Origin: Alistipes sp.
GTDB taxonomy: Bacteria; Bacteroidota; Bacteroidia; Bacteroidales; Rikenellaceae
Assembly (NCBI GenBank): GCA_045635325.1
Contig: JAZRBZ010000016.1
Span: forward strand, 15,359 to 79,358
DNA length: 64,000 nt
Reading direction: 5' to 3'
Shown piece after piece: positions 30,225 through 40,696 of this stretch. The notes beneath the pieces were generated by a model. That model was not told the origin of the DNA and searched no databases. It was given only the letters and a program-made list of their open reading frames with translations. Both the position numbers and the translations under genes were made by a program. The first letter of the stretch is position 1, and each line of letters begins with the position of its first letter.

Positions 30225-30374
30225 TTATTTCATAAACTCTGCAACCTGGTCGTTCGGAAGAACTGCCTCCTTGAAGATATAGGCACCGGTCTTCTCCGAC
30301 TTAACCATCTTGATGCACTTGGTAAACTGCTTACCTACACCAGTCTTGAGGGTTGCGACTACTTTCTTTGCCAT
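30225..30374 (-). CDS. DUF4295 family small protein (49 aa; not in the ORF track)
   Basis: Read by hand: MAKKVVATLKTGVGKQFTKCIKMVKSEKTGAYIFKEAVLPNDQVAEFMK. Its position after rpmG is the usual one in Bacteroidota. Confidence 0.88.
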   Translation of the reverse strand: MAKKVVATLKTGVGKQFTKCIKMVKSEKTGAYIFKEAVLPNDQVAEFMK

Positions 30375-30386
30375 ACTGCACTACTT

Positions 30387-30569
30387 TTATTTAATTTCAC
30401 GATGCAATGTTACCCTCTTCAAGTACGGATTGTACTTCTTGCGCTCCAAACGCTCTGGGGTGTTTTTCTTGTTCTTGGTGGTTACGTAGCGCGACATTCC
30501 TGGTACGCCACTCTCCTTCTGTTCGGTGCACTCGAGAATCACCTGAACTCTGTTACCTTTCTTTGCCAT
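30387..30569 (-). CDS. rpmG: 50S ribosomal protein L33
   Basis: [16 protein letters not shown]...[15 protein letters not shown]...HREIK. Confidence 0.97.
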   Translation of the reverse strand: MAKKGNRVQVILECTEQKESGVPGMSRYVTTKNKKNTPERLERKKYNPYLKRVTLHREIK

Positions 30570-30585
30570 TTTGACTTAATAGATT

Positions 30586-30819
30586 TTAGTAAACTTTCTT
30601 GGGAGCAACTGCCTCTCTCAATGCGGTTGCGAGACCCTTCTTGTTAATTGTTTTCATTCCGGCAGCGGATACCTTGAGGGTAATCCAGCGACCTTCCTCC
30701 TCCGACCAGAAACGCTTCGTCTTCAGATTTGGGCTGAACTTGCGCTTGGTCTTGAGGTTCGAGTGCGAAACATTGTTTCCCACTACGGCTACCTTACCTG
30801 TAATTTCGCAGACTTTCAT
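30586..30819 (-). CDS. rpmB: 50S ribosomal protein L28
   Basis: CEITGK...GNNVSHS..KTKRKF.PNL. Confidence 0.97.
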   Translation of the reverse strand: MKVCEITGKVAVVGNNVSHSNLKTKRKFSPNLKTKRFWSEEEGRWITLKVSAAGMKTINKKGLATALREAVAPKKVY

Positions 30820-30933
30820 TTTGTTAATAATGTTTTTTAGTTTCGTGCTCTACAGAGTTTTCCATAGAGCGTGCAAATATACGAAGAATTTACCAAATAG
30901 CAATATCTTGGTACCGATTTTTCGGTCTAATCG

Positions 30934-32358
30934 CTATTCGGCTCTCGATGTTTTCGCTTTTTTTGCGTTTCGGGCCGATTTTTTACACTTTTTTGTCTTT
31001 GGCTCGTCCGCTTCGGGCTCTTCATCGGCACCTCCGCCGAGTGCTTTGTAGAGGTTGATCGTACCCTGAATCAACTCGAAACGGTCGGTTACCTGCGAGA
31101 GCTGGGCCGAGAGGAGTGCCTGTTGTGCGGTGAGCACCTCGAGGTAGGTCGACTCCGAGTGGCTCATCAGCTGTCGTGTGCTGTTCACGGCACTCTCCAA
31201 CGCAGCGATCTGGCGCGTGCGGCTGTCGGTCTTGTTGCTTGCCGCGTGGCACTTCGCCAGCGCATCGTTCACCTCGTTACCCGCTGTGAGCAGCGTCTGT
31301 CGGAAGGAGATGAGCGCCTGCTCCTGCTGTGCCTTTGCAACGGTCAGCGCAGCACGCTTCTTGCCGGCGTTGAAGATGTCGCCCGCAAGGTTTGCGACGA
31401 ACGATACGAGCCACGATGCCGGATTCCAGCCAATCGAACCGCTGAGTTTCAGCGACGGATAGAGGTCTCCGCGAGCGATGTTTGTATTGTAGAACGCCTG
31501 TTCGAGCGCACGCTCGGCACTCTGCACGTCGGGACGACGCGAGAGCAGGTGGGCCGGAACGCCGACGAGCAACTCCTCGCAGAGTTTCTGGTCTTGCAGG
31601 CGACCGCGCTCGAAGTGCTGCGGAACGACGCCGAGCAGCAACGCCAGCGAGTTTTCAACCTGCTTGATGTCGTACTCCAGATCGAAGAGCGAAGCCTCGA
31701 TCGAGCAAGCATTTGCCTCGGTACGCGACACGGATGCCTCGTTGGCCATACCCGCCTGCTTCATTGCGCGCGTGATGCGCACGTTCTCCTTCCACGACTC
31801 GGCTGTCGTGCGCGAAATCTCTTGTTGAGCGTCGAGCATCAGCAGCGTGTAGTAGCAGTTGGCAATCGAGCTGATGAGCGACGTCTGCACACTGCGACGA
31901 TAGAGTTTGCTCTGCTCGTAGGCGGCATTCGCCTTGCGCTTGGCGTTGAGCGTACGACCTACGATGTCAATCTCCCAGCTTGCCGAAATCGGCAGCGAGT
32001 AGGTGTAGGATGCCGGCGAACCGATGTTCCATTCGGTCGAGAACTTCGGCGAATAGGCGAACGACGGCAGGAACGACAATCGTGCCGTACGCAACATTGC
32101 CTCGGCCTCCGTTACGCGCTGTGCTGCGATGAGCATATCGGCGTTGCTCTGCAAGCCCTGCTCGATGAGCGCCTGCAGGTGCTTATCGGTGAAGAATGCT
32201 CGCCAGTCGAGGTCGGCAATCGAGGTGGTGTCGGTCGCTATGATATCCTTGCCGAAGAGCGAGTCGGTCGAGATGCTCTCCGGGCGCGAATACTTCTTGA
32301 ATACGGAGCAGCCCGTAAGGAGCAGGGCTACGGTGAGTGTTATGATAATGCGTTTCAT
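30934..32358 (-). CDS. RND efflux outer membrane lipoprotein (TolC/NodT family)
   Basis: Lipobox LLTGC; SWEID..G and VGVPA.LL.RRPDV motifs; LYKALGGG end. Confidence 0.93.
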   Translation of the reverse strand: MKRIIITLTVALLLTGCSVFKKYSRPESISTDSLFGKDIIATDTTSIADLDWRAFFTDKHLQALIEQGLQSNADMLIAAQRVTEAEAMLRTARLSFLPSFAYSPKFSTEWNIGSPASYTYSLPISASWEIDIVGRTLNAKRKANAAYEQSKLYRRSVQTSLISSIANCYYTLLMLDAQQEISRTTAESWKENVRITRAMKQAGMANEASVSRTEANACSIEASLFDLEYDIKQVENSLALLLGVVPQHFERGRLQDQKLCEELLVGVPAHLLSRRPDVQSAERALEQAFYNTNIARGDLYPSLKLSGSIGWNPASWLVSFVANLAGDIFNAGKKRAALTVAKAQQEQALISFRQTLLTAGNEVNDALAKCHAASNKTDSRTRQIAALESAVNSTRQLMSHSESTYLEVLTAQQALLSAQLSQVTDRFELIQGTINLYKALGGGADEEPEADEPKTKKCKKSARNAKKAKTSRAE

Positions 32359-32362
32359 CTGC

Positions 32363-35300
32363 TTACTCTTCAATTTGTTTCTTTGGTTTAACGACTCTCT
32401 CCTGCACGCTCTGGAATACGATGAAGAGTGCCGGAACGAGGAAAATCAACGCCAACGTACCGATGACCATACCGCCTACGACACCCGCACCGAGCGTGTT
32501 GTTACCGTTGGCGCCTACGCCGGTCGAGAACATCAACGGAATCATACCGAATACCATCGTGAGCACCGTCATCATAATCGGACGGAAACGCTCGCGACTC
32601 GCCTCGTATGCTGCCTCCAGAAGGCCCAAGCCCTGACGGCGACGCTCGCAGGCGAACTCCGTGATGAGGATGGCCGTCTTCGAGAGCAGACCGATGAGCA
32701 TAATCAAACCTGTCTGCAGGTAGATGTTGTTCTCCAAGCCCATCATATTTGCAAAGGCGAAGCTACCGAACAGACCGATAGGCACGGTGAGAATGACGGC
32801 AAACGGAACGAAGTAGCTCTCGTACAGTGCGCAGAGAATCAGGTATATCAGCACGATACAGATGACGAAGATGATAGCCGTATTGTTACCGCTGCTTGCC
32901 TCCTCGCGGGCAATACCGCCGAAGTCGAAGCCGTAGCCGATAGGCAACACCTCGCTTGCCACCTCGTTTACGGCACGGATAGCGTCACCCGACGAGTAGC
33001 CGTCGGCAGCGCGACCGTTGACCGAGATGGATGGGAACATATTGAAGCGCGAGAGATTCTCCGGCGCATAGATCTTCTTGAGCGACACGAACTGGCTGAT
33101 AGGGGCCATCTCGCCACCGATGCGGATGAAGATGTTGTTGAGCGTGTGCAGATCGACGCGGTAGCGAGGGTCTGCCTGCACCTGCACCTGATAGAGCTTG
33201 GTGAAGCGGTTGAAACGTGTCGACAGACGACCGCCGTAGTAACCGTTGAGCACCTCCAAAACCTCCTTTGGCGATGTGCCCGCACGCTTACACTTCACAG
33301 CATCGACATCAATCTGGTATTGAGGGAAGCGTGGGTTGAACGACGTACGCGCCGAGCCAATCTCGGGACGTGCCTCCAACTCGGCAACAAACTGCGTGGT
33401 AATCTCCGCCAGATCCTCAATCGTGCCACCCTTGCGGTCCTGAATGTGTACCTCGAAACCGTTGGTTGCACCGTAGCCCGGAATCATCGCCGGCGAGGTG
33501 GCAAAGAGCGTCGCCTCGTTGACGTTAGTCGAGTACTCCTTCACACGCTCCATAATATCGAATACGCTGTGCTCCTTGCCCGGACGCTCGTCCCAGTGCT
33601 TGAGTCGCAACGTAAAGTTACCGTACGATGAACCCGCACCCGTCGTCATACCGAAACCTGCCATATTGAGGTATGCGTGGCACTCGTCGATATGGCTCAC
33701 AACCTCGCGGTCGATGCGGTTCATAATCTCCTTGGTGTGCGCGAGCGAGCTGCCCGGAGGGGTTGAAACGTCGATACGCACCGTACCGATATCCTCGCGC
33801 GGGATGAGGCCTGTCTTGGTGTTGTTCATAAAGTAGAGGAGCAGACCAAAGCCGGCTACGATGAATATGCCTGATGTAACCTTATGGCGCAAGAAGAAGT
33901 TCACGCCCTTCAGGTAGCGTGCCGTTACGGCGTTGAATCCGCTCTCGAAGGCGTCGCTCAAGCGGCGCGAGAAGGAGCGCTTTACTTCGTTGCCGTTCTC
34001 GTCCTTGGCCTTGAGCAGCATAGCACACAGCGCAGGGCTGAGCGTCAGCGCGTTGATTGCCGAGATGCCCACCGATACGGCCATCGTGATACCGAACTGC
34101 GTGTAGAAGATACCCGACGTACCGCCCATCAGCGACACAGGGATAAACACCGCCATAAATACCAGCGTCGAGGTTACGATTGCCGACGTTACGCCGTGCA
34201 TCGCATCGACGGCTGCCTTATGAGCCGAGCGGTATCCGGCATCGAACTTCGACTGTACGGCCTCGACCACGATAATCGCGTCGTCCACAACCACACCGAT
34301 CGAGAGCACGAGTGCAAAGAGCGTGAGCAGGTTGATCGAGAAGCCGAAGAAGAAGAGGAACATAAACGTACCGATAAGCGATACGATTGTCGCAACGAGC
34401 GGAATGAGTGTCGAGCGCAGGTCGCGCAGGAAGACAAACACCACGAGGATTACGAGGATGATTGCCTCCAGGAGTGTGCGGATTACGTTCTTGATCGATG
34501 CGTAGAGGAAGTCGTTCGAGCTCGAAAGGACTACCATCTCGAGATCCTTCGGGAAGTCCTCCTTTGCCTTCTCCAGATAGGCATCAATCTGGTTGATAAC
34601 CTCCGTAGCGTTCGAGCCCGGAGTCTGATATACGCTGAACGATGTACCCGGTGCGCCGTTTACCTCGCCGATGTACTGGTACGACTGCGTACCGAGCTCG
34701 ATCTCTGCCACATCCTTCAATCGCAGCACCTCGCCGTTCGAGAGTGCGCGGATTACGATGTTCTCGAACTGCTCGGGAGTCTCCAGACGGCCCTTGTAGC
34801 GCATCGAGTATTGGAATGTCTGGTCGGAGTTCTCTCCGAGCGCACCCGTTGCGGCCTCGATGTTCTGCTCGCCGAGCGCGGACGAGATGTCCGACGGCAC
34901 GAGCTTGTACTGCGCCATCACATCCGGCTTGAGCCATATACGCATACTGTAATCGGCACCTCGCACATCGACATCACCCACGCCCGGAATACGCGATATG
35001 GCCGGCACGAGGTTGATCTTGATGTAGTTGGTGATAAACGTACGGTCGTACGTTCCGTTAGGGCTGAATACGGCAATCTGCTCCAGAATGTTGGTCTGAC
35101 GTTTGCGGACCGTTACGCCGACGTCGGTTACCTCCGATGGGAGCTGTCGAGTGGCGCGCGATACGCAGTTCTGGACGTTGACCGCCGCCATATCGGGGTT
35201 GGTACCCTGCTTGAAGAATACCTGAATGCTTGCGCTACCGTTGTTGGTTGCCGACGAGGTCATATAGGTCATATTCTCCACACCGTTGATTGCCTCCTCG

Positions 35301-35497
35301 AGTGGTACGACTACGGCCTTCTGCACCGTCTCGGCACTTGCGCCCGTGTAGTTTGCCTGTACGCGGATTGTCGGTGGAGCGATATTCGGATAACGCTCGA
35401 TAGGCAATACCGCTAGTCCGATAAGACCGCCGATTACGATAACGATCGAGATGACGGACGAAAGGACGGGTCTGTCGATGAATGTTTTGATATTCAT
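32363..35497 (-). CDS. RND efflux permease (HAE1/AcrB family)
   Basis: 1044 aa; FIDRPV, YPNIAPP, IGVVVDDAIIVVE, RFRPIMMT. Confidence 0.96.
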   Translation of the reverse strand: MNIKTFIDRPVLSSVISIVIVIGGLIGLAVLPIERYPNIAPPTIRVQANYTGASAETVQKAVVVPLEEAINGVENMTYMTSSATNNGSASIQVFFKQGTNPDMAAVNVQNCVSRATRQLPSEVTDVGVTVRKRQTNILEQIAVFSPNGTYDRTFITNYIKINLVPAISRIPGVGDVDVRGADYSMRIWLKPDVMAQYKLVPSDISSALGEQNIEAATGALGENSDQTFQYSMRYKGRLETPEQFENIVIRALSNGEVLRLKDVAEIELGTQSYQYIGEVNGAPGTSFSVYQTPGSNATEVINQIDAYLEKAKEDFPKDLEMVVLSSSNDFLYASIKNVIRTLLEAIILVILVVFVFLRDLRSTLIPLVATIVSLIGTFMFLFFFGFSINLLTLFALVLSIGVVVDDAIIVVEAVQSKFDAGYRSAHKAAVDAMHGVTSAIVTSTLVFMAVFIPVSLMGGTSGIFYTQFGITMAVSVGISAINALTLSPALCAMLLKAKDENGNEVKRSFSRRLSDAFESGFNAVTARYLKGVNFFLRHKVTSGIFIVAGFGLLLYFMNNTKTGLIPREDIGTVRIDVSTPPGSSLAHTKEIMNRIDREVVSHIDECHAYLNMAGFGMTTGAGSSYGNFTLRLKHWDERPGKEHSVFDIMERVKEYSTNVNEATLFATSPAMIPGYGATNGFEVHIQDRKGGTIEDLAEITTQFVAELEARPEIGSARTSFNPRFPQYQIDVDAVKCKRAGTSPKEVLEVLNGYYGGRLSTRFNRFTKLYQVQVQADPRYRVDLHTLNNIFIRIGGEMAPISQFVSLKKIYAPENLSRFNMFPSISVNGRAADGYSSGDAIRAVNEVASEVLPIGYGFDFGGIAREEASSGNNTAIIFVICIVLIYLILCALYESYFVPFAVILTVPIGLFGSFAFANMMGLENNIYLQTGLIMLIGLLSKTAILITEFACERRRQGLGLLEAAYEASRERFRPIMMTVLTMVFGMIPLMFSTGVGANGNNTLGAGVVGGMVIGTLALIFLVPALFIVFQSVQERVVKPKKQIEE

Positions 35498-35518
35498 TGC
35501 GTGTTCCTCCTTGCTCTC

Positions 35519-36643
35519 TTATTCGGCTTTGACAATATCCTTAATCTTGATCGGGTCGTTCTCGCGCAACAGACCAACACCCTCGATAACGATGGTGTCG
35601 CCCATTTCGAGGCCCGACTCTACGACATACTCGCGGCCGTTGCTGATGTTGAACACGCTGATAATCTGCGAGTGTGCCTTGCCTCCCTTAACCGTGTAGA
35701 CATATACCTTGTCCTGAATTTCGTAGGTTGCCGACTGCGGAATCACGATACAGCCATCCGCCTTGTGTGGCAGGATGATGCTGCCCGAGCCACCCGAGAG
35801 CAACAGACGACGCGAGTTAGGGAACTTCGCACGAACGGTTACCGAACCGGTCGTCGGGTCGATGATACCGCTGATGGCCTCGATGCGGCCCTTCTCCTTG
35901 TAGATTGTGCCGTCGCTGAGCTGCAACTCGATGGATGGCATCGCTTGCAGAGCGGCCTCGAGCGTACCGTGCTCACGAGTGAGCGAGAGCACCTGCGACT
36001 CGGTCATCGAGAAGTAGACGTACATCTCGGAGTTGTTCGATACGGTGGTCATCGGAGTCGAATCCGAAGGACTCACGAGCGTACCTACGCGGAATGGCAA
36101 CATACCCACAACGCCATCTGCCGGACTCTTGACCAGCGTATAGGAGAGGTTGTTGCGTGCGTTTACCTCATTTGCCTTGGCCTGTGCCAGGTGCGCCTTC
36201 TCGCTGGCGAGGTTGGTGCGAGCCATATTCAGGTCGAAGTCCGAGATAATGTTCTGTTGGAAGAGCAGCTCCTTACTGTTGGCGGTGAGCTGTGCCGCAT
36301 CGACTGCTGCCTGTGCAACGTCGACATTGGCGATAGCCGTCTGCAAAGCTGCCTCGTAAGGTACCTGGTCGATGACGAAGAGCGTCTGGCCCTTGCTTAC
36401 GATGGCACCCTCCTTGACGTAGATGTCCGTGATGTAGCCCTGAACCTTCGGGCGGATGTCGATGTCCTGCTTACCGCGGATTGTTGCCGAGTAGAGCGAC
36501 GAGAGTTTGCGCGATGTTGGCTCGAGAATCATTACGTTGTACTCGCGCGAGCGCTTTGCCTTCTTCTCCTCCTCGCAGCCGACAATCAAAGTGAGGGCCG
36601 AGAGACAGAGCAGGGCGTGGAAAAGAGTAGATTTTACGGTCAT
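35519..36643 (-). CDS. RND efflux periplasmic adaptor (AcrA-like MFP)
   Basis: Lipobox IVGC; IRPKVQGYI, L.YT.VKSP.DG, IDPTTGSV.VRA.FPN. Confidence 0.93.
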   Translation of the reverse strand: MTVKSTLFHALLCLSALTLIVGCEEEKKAKRSREYNVMILEPTSRKLSSLYSATIRGKQDIDIRPKVQGYITDIYVKEGAIVSKGQTLFVIDQVPYEAALQTAIANVDVAQAAVDAAQLTANSKELLFQQNIISDFDLNMARTNLASEKAHLAQAKANEVNARNNLSYTLVKSPADGVVGMLPFRVGTLVSPSDSTPMTTVSNNSEMYVYFSMTESQVLSLTREHGTLEAALQAMPSIELQLSDGTIYKEKGRIEAISGIIDPTTGSVTVRAKFPNSRRLLLSGGSGSIILPHKADGCIVIPQSATYEIQDKVYVYTVKGGKAHSQIISVFNISNGREYVVESGLEMGDTIVIEGVGLLRENDPIKIKDIVKAE

Positions 36644-36822
36644 ATTTTTTAAGTTTTTAGTTATTTGTCCGTCATTAAATTTTACCCTTATGGGTAAAAC
36701 CATCCACGAAGGTAGTGTTTTTTGGCGAATAAATATCAACTTTCGACCGTTGGCGAGGGGTGAAACGGCAAAATTTGTCGGCGAATCGACCGCGCGCGAG
36801 CGCGCGCGTGTCCGAAAAGGCA

Positions 36823-36861
36823 CAAAAAAAGAATCGGCCTCCGTCGAACGAAGACCGATTC
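36823..36861 (-). terminator. Terminator of the small lipoprotein gene
   Basis: GAATCGG...CCGATTC stem with an A-run on its left. Confidence 0.7.
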
Positions 36862-36880
36862 ACGCTGACTGTGTCTGCAA

Positions 36881-37093
36881 TTACTGTGCAGGAACCTCTG
36901 CCGGTGCCTCTGCTGGAGCCTCTGCAGGAACCTCTGCTGGTGCCTCTGCTGGAGCCTCTGCTGGAGCTGCCTCACACTGCTCGCAAGCTGGTGCCTCGCA
37001 AGGAGTCTCACAAGCCTTCTTCTCTGCTGTACCACAGCAACCTACCATTGCCAATGCAGCAACCAAAACTACCAAAGAAAGAATCTTTTTCAT
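36881..37093 (-). CDS. Small Cys-rich lipoprotein with (AEAP)n tail
   Basis: Signal peptide II (AMVGC); own TATTTTTG promoter box and terminator; 12-bp tandem DNA repeat. Confidence 0.8.
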   Translation of the reverse strand: MKKILSLVVLVAALAMVGCCGTAEKKACETPCEAPACEQCEAAPAEAPAEAPAEVPAEAPAEAPAEVPAQ

Positions 37094-37195
37094 AGTGCTA
37101 GAATATTAAATTGAACATATGTACAACCACAAAAATATAAATAGTTGCGAAAAAAAACAATTTTTAGAAGAAAAAATATTCGAAAAAGTTGTTTT

Positions 37196-37657
37196 TTATT
37201 CTGCCAATTCCATTACAGGGATGTTTTCGCGCATAATAAACGCCTTTGGAAAGGTCGGTTTTATGCGTTCGAGCAGGATGAGCGCCTCCTCCTGCGTAGT
37301 GTAATTGCCGACAGCGACTTTGAAGTACGGATTTTCGTAGCTCACATAGCAGCGCTGGCCGGGGAATGTCGCAGCAAAGGTGTCGCGCGCGGTCAAAGCG
37401 TCGCCGCGAGCCGTCTGCGAGTTGCTCATAAATATCATTATGCGGTAGCCGCTGATGGTCGACGGGGTGCTCTGGGCACTCTGTGCGATGGCCTGCTCGG
37501 CGTCGGGCGATTCGCGTACGGTGATGGTCGAGCGGATGACGGTGAGCGAGTCTACCTGTACGGGCGATGCGAGTTGGCGCTTGAAGGCCTGAACGTTCTG
37601 CGCCGATAGGGTGGCGATGCTGCATAGCGCGAGCAGCAGGATGAGTATCTTCTTCAT
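37196..37657 (-). CDS. SPOR domain protein
   Basis: Signal peptide; GYRI.IF and YENPYFKVAVGNY motifs. Confidence 0.85.
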   Translation of the reverse strand: MKKILILLLALCSIATLSAQNVQAFKRQLASPVQVDSLTVIRSTITVRESPDAEQAIAQSAQSTPSTISGYRIMIFMSNSQTARGDALTARDTFAATFPGQRCYVSYENPYFKVAVGNYTTQEEALILLERIKPTFPKAFIMRENIPVMELAE

Positions 37658-37667
37658 TATCGTTTGT

Positions 37668-38180
37668 TTACTGTTTCTGATTGAGTGATATGCCGAGTTT
37701 GCTGAGTAGTGCGTCGGCTGCCGTGCGTTCGATACGGATGGCGCGCTTGATGCCGCCAATCTCGATTGTCGCGTCGAACGACACCTCTACACCACGCAGA
37801 TTTTTCTGTCCGAGACGCATCGCAAGCGAGATGGCCTTCAGCGGATTACTCACCTTGAGAGCAACCGGTACCATGACCGACGAGGTCTGTCGCTTGGGGA
37901 TTTGCACCGGCTCGATAAGGCGTACGGTGGCCACGCGACCGCCGTCGAAGAATATCTCGCCCGAGCCGTTGTCGATGGTCGGCGAGTAGGCGGTATCGTT
38001 TTTGACGCGCAGGGTTAGCTTCCACCCCTCGGCCATCGAGCCCGAGATGTTCTCGAGCGACTCGATGCCCACCTTATTCATTACGCGCTCGCGCATGCGC
38101 TGCTTGTTACAGCTCGTCGTGCAGAGTGCGACAACAAGGGCGATGACCGCTATGCGAACGATTGTTGAGAGTTGTTTCAT
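37668..38180 (-). CDS. Hypothetical lipoprotein (LEA_2/WHy-like)
   Basis: Lipobox TTSC; LTLRVKN motif and alternating beta pattern. Confidence 0.6.
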   Translation of the reverse strand: MKQLSTIVRIAVIALVVALCTTSCNKQRMRERVMNKVGIESLENISGSMAEGWKLTLRVKNDTAYSPTIDNGSGEIFFDGGRVATVRLIEPVQIPKRQTSSVMVPVALKVSNPLKAISLAMRLGQKNLRGVEVSFDATIEIGGIKRAIRIERTAADALLSKLGISLNQKQ

Positions 38181-38191
38181 ATATGTTCCGA

Positions 38192-38911
38192 TCAAGGTTT
38201 TTGTGCCGTGTAAATCTGTGCTATGCCGAAGCTCTGGCTGCGCGCCTTCGGTGCGGTGAGTCCCGCCTCGCAAAGCATCTCCATAAAGCGCTCCGGCTCG
38301 GGGAAGGTATCGACCGATTCGGGCAGATACTGATACGCGTTGCGGTTGTGTGATATGGCTCCGCCAATAGCCGGCAGAATCTTGTGCGAGTAGATGCGGT
38401 ACAGCCAGCCAATCAGTGCATTACGCGGGTTGGAAAACTCCAGCACGACGAGCACTCCGCCGGGGCGGATGACGCGCACAATCTCGCGCAGACACGCCTC
38501 GCGATTCTCGAAGTTACGCACACCGAACGCTACCGTTACGGCATCGACACTCGCGTCGGGCAGGTTGATATGCTCGGCATCGCACTCGGTGAGCGAGATG
38601 CGGTCGCTGAGGCCGAGTCGAGCCACCTTTTGGCGAGCCACTTCGAGCATCTCGGGCGAGAGGTCGCCACCGATGATGGTCGTCCCCTTCACGCCTCGCG
38701 CCATAGCGATGGCCAGGTCGCCCGTGCCGGTTGCCATATCGAGAATCTGCTTGGCTTCAGCTCGGCGGATGATTCGCACCACGCGTCTGCGCCACAGGCG
38801 GTCGATCGAGAGCGAGAGTATGTGGTTGAGGCGGTCGTAGGTCGGCGCAATGTCGTCGAACATACGCTTCACGCGCTCGCGAGTTCGTTGTTGGTCTGCA
38901 TTGTTAGTCAT
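38192..38911 (-). CDS. ubiE: Demethylmenaquinone methyltransferase (UbiE/MenG)
   Basis: MFDDIAPTYDRLNH.LS, LDMATGTGD, VAFGVRNF, AYQYLPES. Confidence 0.93.
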   Translation of the reverse strand: MTNNADQQRTRERVKRMFDDIAPTYDRLNHILSLSIDRLWRRRVVRIIRRAEAKQILDMATGTGDLAIAMARGVKGTTIIGGDLSPEMLEVARQKVARLGLSDRISLTECDAEHINLPDASVDAVTVAFGVRNFENREACLREIVRVIRPGGVLVVLEFSNPRNALIGWLYRIYSHKILPAIGGAISHNRNAYQYLPESVDTFPEPERFMEMLCEAGLTAPKARSQSFGIAQIYTAQKP

Positions 38912-38932
38912 AGGTCTATCTTGTCATTTATT

Positions 38933-40165
38933 TTATTCGTATTTAACGGCTTCGGCCGGCGATATGCGCGCCACGATGGCCGTTGCGGCGTAGAGCAACA
39001 GCAGTATGGTGGCGGCAAAGAGTGCGTTGACTGCTGCAATGTCCCATCCGTCGATGGCTACGGGTACGCTGCTGACGTAGTAGGCCGTACGGTCGAGCTT
39101 GACGATTGCCGTTGTATGCTGCACGGCGACGAGTGCCAACCCCAGCGCATTGCCGATGAGCAGGCCCTTGCCGATGATTATCGCTGCGCGATAGAGGAAT
39201 ATGCGTCGTACGGCCGAGTTGCTCATACCCAAGCTCTTCAGGATGCCGACCATTCGGGTACGCTCCAGAATGAGAATCAGCAACGCGGTAACCATATTGA
39301 AGAGCGTGACGATGAACATTATCACGCCAATCACGGCGGCGTTCACATCGTGCGTCTCGAGCCACGAGAAGATATACTCGTAGAGTTCGCGTGCCTCGAT
39401 GGCCGTTACCTCCTGCTCGCCCGAGTAGTCGTAGATGAGTCGGTGGTTGAGCTCGTAGGCCACTTCGCTCGTCGGTCGGCTCTTGTCGGTCGATATCTCT
39501 ATGCCGGAGAACTGCTCCTCCGTCCAGCCATTGATTTTGCGTACGTTACGCAGGTCGGTGATGGCAAGCGCCGCCTGCTCGTTGCCGCCCATAGCGTAGA
39601 TGCCCGCCACCTTGAAGAGCTCGCGTTGCGGCAGCTGCCCCTCCTCCATAAAGAGCAACTCAACCCTCTCGCCAACCTTCACGCCGAGCGTCTCGGCCGT
39701 CTGGCGGGCGATGAGCAGATCCTTGCGGCGCTGCTCGCCGATTGCGGGGAACGAGCCCTCGTCGATAAGTCCGTCGAATCGCTCCGACGGGTAGTCGGCC
39801 GATACACCTTTCAGCATTATGGCTGCCACTCCGTGCTCCGAGCGCACGACACATCCGCGCAGAGCATACGGCTCGGCTGCGGTGCAACCCTCGACCTCGG
39901 TAGTGAGTGCGAGCAGCTGCTCCAGCTCGCCGACAGGCGCTCCGAACGATGCGTCGAGCATACGCGGATTGGTGAGCGTGATGTCGGCCGATGTCGCCTC
40001 GACGAGACGTGTCATTTCGCGTCGGAAACCGCCCACGATGGCAAGCGTGATAATCATTACGCAGATGCTTACCGCAACGGCCGACGTGGCAATGCGTGTC
40101 ATCACCCGTTGCGTGGGTGATGCGTCTCCGGCCATCTTTCGGGCGATAAGCAGTGGGGTGTTCAT
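38933..40165 (-). CDS. ABC permease, LolC/LolE-like lipoprotein release protein
   Basis: FtsX/MacB-like topology; LILERT.MVGILKSLG and YYV..VP motifs. Confidence 0.85.
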   Translation of the reverse strand: MNTPLLIARKMAGDASPTQRVMTRIATSAVAVSICVMIITLAIVGGFRREMTRLVEATSADITLTNPRMLDASFGAPVGELEQLLALTTEVEGCTAAEPYALRGCVVRSEHGVAAIMLKGVSADYPSERFDGLIDEGSFPAIGEQRRKDLLIARQTAETLGVKVGERVELLFMEEGQLPQRELFKVAGIYAMGGNEQAALAITDLRNVRKINGWTEEQFSGIEISTDKSRPTSEVAYELNHRLIYDYSGEQEVTAIEARELYEYIFSWLETHDVNAAVIGVIMFIVTLFNMVTALLILILERTRMVGILKSLGMSNSAVRRIFLYRAAIIIGKGLLIGNALGLALVAVQHTTAIVKLDRTAYYVSSVPVAIDGWDIAAVNALFAATILLLLYAATAIVARISPAEAVKYE

Positions 40166-40192
40166 TCTCGGGACAGGGTTAGGGCGTTGGTG

Positions 40193-40696
40193 TTAGTATA
40201 GGATTTTATCCTCTTTCTCGGTCCAGGCGCGGAAGCCCTCCAAGGCCTTGTCGCGCATAAAGTTGAGGCACGGTATCGAACGCTCGGAATAGTCGAGCGC
40301 AATCTGATCGTAGATGAACGAATCGTCAAAGTCGATGGCTTTGGCATCGGCTTTGGTATTGCCGTAGTAGATGCGCTCGAGTCCGGCCCAGTAGATTGCG
40401 CTGAGGCACATCGGGCACGGCTCGCACGAGGTATAGATGACGCAGCCTTCGAGTTTGAAGGTGCCGAGCTTCGCACACGCAGCCCGAATGGCGCTCACCT
40501 CGGCGTGTGCCGTCGGGTCGCACGATGCGGTTACGCGGTTGGTGCCCGTAGCGACGATCTCCCCATCGCGAACGATTACGGCGCCGAACGGACCGCCGCC
40601 ATTGGCAACATTTTCAATCGAGAGGTCGATGGCCATTTGCATAAATCGCTCATCAGCATCGGTAAACGTGATGGTACGCGTTGTGGTTTGTTTCAT
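40193..40696 (-). CDS. Nucleoside deaminase, probable guanine deaminase (GuaD-like)
   Basis: GGGPFGAVIV, DPTAHAE, SCEPCPMC, FDDSFIY. Confidence 0.9.
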   Translation of the reverse strand: MKQTTTRTITFTDADERFMQMAIDLSIENVANGGGPFGAVIVRDGEIVATGTNRVTASCDPTAHAEVSAIRAACAKLGTFKLEGCVIYTSCEPCPMCLSAIYWAGLERIYYGNTKADAKAIDFDDSFIYDQIALDYSERSIPCLNFMRDKALEGFRAWTEKEDKILY

